Assembly: GCA_038912545.1 (NCBI GenBank)
Contig: JBCLFD010000002.1
Coordinates: 4,422-68,421 of the forward strand
Source of the DNA: Minisyncoccia bacterium
GTDB taxonomy: Bacteria; Patescibacteriota; Minisyncoccia; Phycocordibacterales; Phycocordibacteraceae
Reading direction: 5' to 3'
Length of the DNA stretch: 64,000 nucleotides
Below, piece by piece: positions 63,038 to 64,000 of this stretch. Every line of letters starts with the position of its first letter. Position 1 is the first letter of the stretch. Made by a program: the position numbers and the translations under genes. The notes under the pieces were generated by a model, which was not told the DNA's origin, ran no database searches, and worked only from the letters and a program-made list of their open reading frames with translations.

Positions 63038-64000
63038 CTACCTATCGCCTTTCAGCACATTTTTTAATGTTTCTTCGGATACTTCGTACGGAATTTTTCC
63101 GACACGCGGCGGCTCTACCGCCGGACTCGGTATTGGCATTTCCTGCCTACCGCCTACTGCCTTCTGCATACTTCTCTCAAGCACGTCCGCGAGCGCGCTC
63201 TTCAACGATTCGTCTTTCTGCTTCTCCTTTTGCTCGCGCTCGGCGCCCGTCTTTTGCGTCATATTCCGCAGAATGGTTTTGAGCTCCTCGTGGCTCTTGC
63301 CTGGTGCAATCGGGCGAATCATTGGCTTGGGAGGTAACTGGCGAAAAATGGGTTTCTCTATTTTCGGCTCTGGGCGCTTGGGTATGTACATCGCCTTCTT
63401 ATTCGCGCGCGCGTCGGCGGGTAGGGGCGCGGCAGTACTCTCGGCGAGCTCTTTCAAAATTGTTTCTTCAACTCCCGCGCGAGGTGCCGTGAATTGCTCT
63501 CTTGATGCAGCAATGATTTGTTCTCGATACGACACCTTTGGCGCCTCTATCGGCGGGAGCGTCACCGCCGAGAAGGGCGCCGAACCGACACCGTCTATCA
63601 TGAGCGATAAATACACCTGCCGTTTATCCAGCGTGACCAAATCTTCTTTGGTAAACTTCGGCATAAAAATAGTTTCTAGCAGTTCGGCATCAAGAGGCCC
63701 CACACGAAAAGAGACCGTTGTACCTACGTTGCCGAAGACCGCATCGCGCACCTCCTCTTCCATCTGTTCAATGTACTGGTGCGTGATGATGAGATTCAAT
63801 TTATATTTGCGTGACTCGGAGAGAATCTCGGCGAACGTCTCATTCGCGAAGTTTTGGAACTCGTCAACGTAGAAGTAGAAGTTCGGTTTCTTCGCTAATT
63901 CTGCCGCAGAGAGATTGGCACGACTCATCGCACCGAGGAAGATGCGCGTGGTGAGCATGCTCCCGAGAAGCCGCATATTGGTCTCGCCGACAAGCCCTTT
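63038..64000 (-). CDS. VirD4/TraG-like (type IV coupling protein / DUF87-like) ATPase, 3' portion; the 5' end is beyond the window
   Basis: FYFYVDEFQNFA (Walker B-like DE), SESRKYKLNLIITHQYIEQ. The frame remains open from 63976 to 64000 (KGLVGETN upstream of the track Met). Confidence 0.55.
   Translation of the reverse strand, partial: KGLVGETNMRLLGSMLTTRIFLGAMSRANLSAAELAKKPNFYFYVDEFQNFANETFAEILSESRKYKLNLIITHQYIEQMEEEVRDAVFGNVGTTVSFRVGPLDAELLETIFMPKFTKEDLVTLDKRQVYLSLMIDGVGSAPFSAVTLPPIEAPKVSYREQIIAASREQFTAPRAGVEETILKELAESTAAPLPADARANKKAMYIPKRPEPKIEKPIFRQLPPKPMIRPIAPGKSHEELKTILRNMTQKTGAEREQKEKQKDESLKSALADVLERSMQKAVGGRQEMPIPSPAVEPPRVGKIPYEVSEETLKNVLKGDR
63144..63171. repeat. Heptad repeat copy F: 4 reverse heptads plus a loop remnant, in frame inside the ATPase C-terminal tail
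   Basis: ggcaTTTCC TGCCTAC CGCCTAC TGCCTTC TGCATAC. It encodes ...SMQKAVGGRQEM... on the minus strand. Confidence 0.75.

Noticed and set aside
1-64000. Alternative genetic code (UGA recoding, as in some candidate-phyla lineages).
   Set aside because: All conserved genes are full length under the standard code. TGA is used as a genuine stop in many ATGA stop/start overlaps (for example 25619-25622, 26338-26341, 42706-42709).

Overview
This 64-kb window looks like it comes from a small-genome, uncultivated bacterium. The protein 'flavour' suggests Patescibacteria/CPR, but that is inference only and cannot be verified here. About 65 genes are recognisable and all but one (a cupin at 38921-39328) lie on the minus strand. 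They are tightly packed, with many 4-nt ATGA or 1-nt TAATG stop/start overlaps.

Left edge (1-12.9 kb): a partial HTH protein, gatB, obg, a stand-alone four-helix-bundle gene of the 23S-rRNA-IVS/Avd family, secA, a possible 21-codon basic ORF, murB, an O-antigen-ligase-like/TPR membrane protein, a HepT/MNT toxin-antitoxin pair, a secreted coiled-coil protein and an MsbA-like ABC exporter.

From 12.9 to 61.9 kb there is one very large surface-glycan locus. Its parts are:
- a nonulosonic-acid-like module: a HemL-like aminotransferase, a cytidylyltransferase, an FAD-oxidoreductase::NeuB fusion and an SDR
- a sugar C-methyltransferase
- rfbBACD
- a B12-radical-SAM enzyme
- two GT9 genes, about six GT4 genes and two GT2 genes, plus GT47-like and GT11-like genes
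- a Gmd gene followed by a polyprenyl-P-sugar synthase / GtrA / GT-C trio
- an ACP-dependent FkbH/MaoC/SDR/MBOAT/DltD-like acylation module with its own acpS
- an RfaE-like kinase with E1-alpha/E1-beta and an ADH
- a UDP-GlcA branch
- seven methyltransferases in total

Right edge: a ComEA-like HhH/PKD protein and the 3' part of a VirD4/TraG-like ATPase.

I recognised no rRNA, tRNA, CRISPR, cas, transposase, integrase or reverse transcriptase.

The most unusual sequence-level signal is a family of degenerate 7-nt tandem repeats (GTAKGCR and its complement YGCMTAC). They form forward-loop-reverse hairpin elements at every gene junction of the gatB-obg-secA block. They donate stop codons, a start codon and C-terminal residues to those genes, and they occur in frame inside two CDSs. 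One pair brackets the four-helix-bundle gene in an rRNA-IVS-like stem arrangement.

Other notable items are a TA cassette flanked by near-identical hairpin-containing direct repeats that differ by a compensatory stem change, and a rearrangement scar with operator-like repeats at 57.4-57.7 kb.

Internal start codons were chosen by hand and may be off. All family assignments rest on motif recognition, not on searches.
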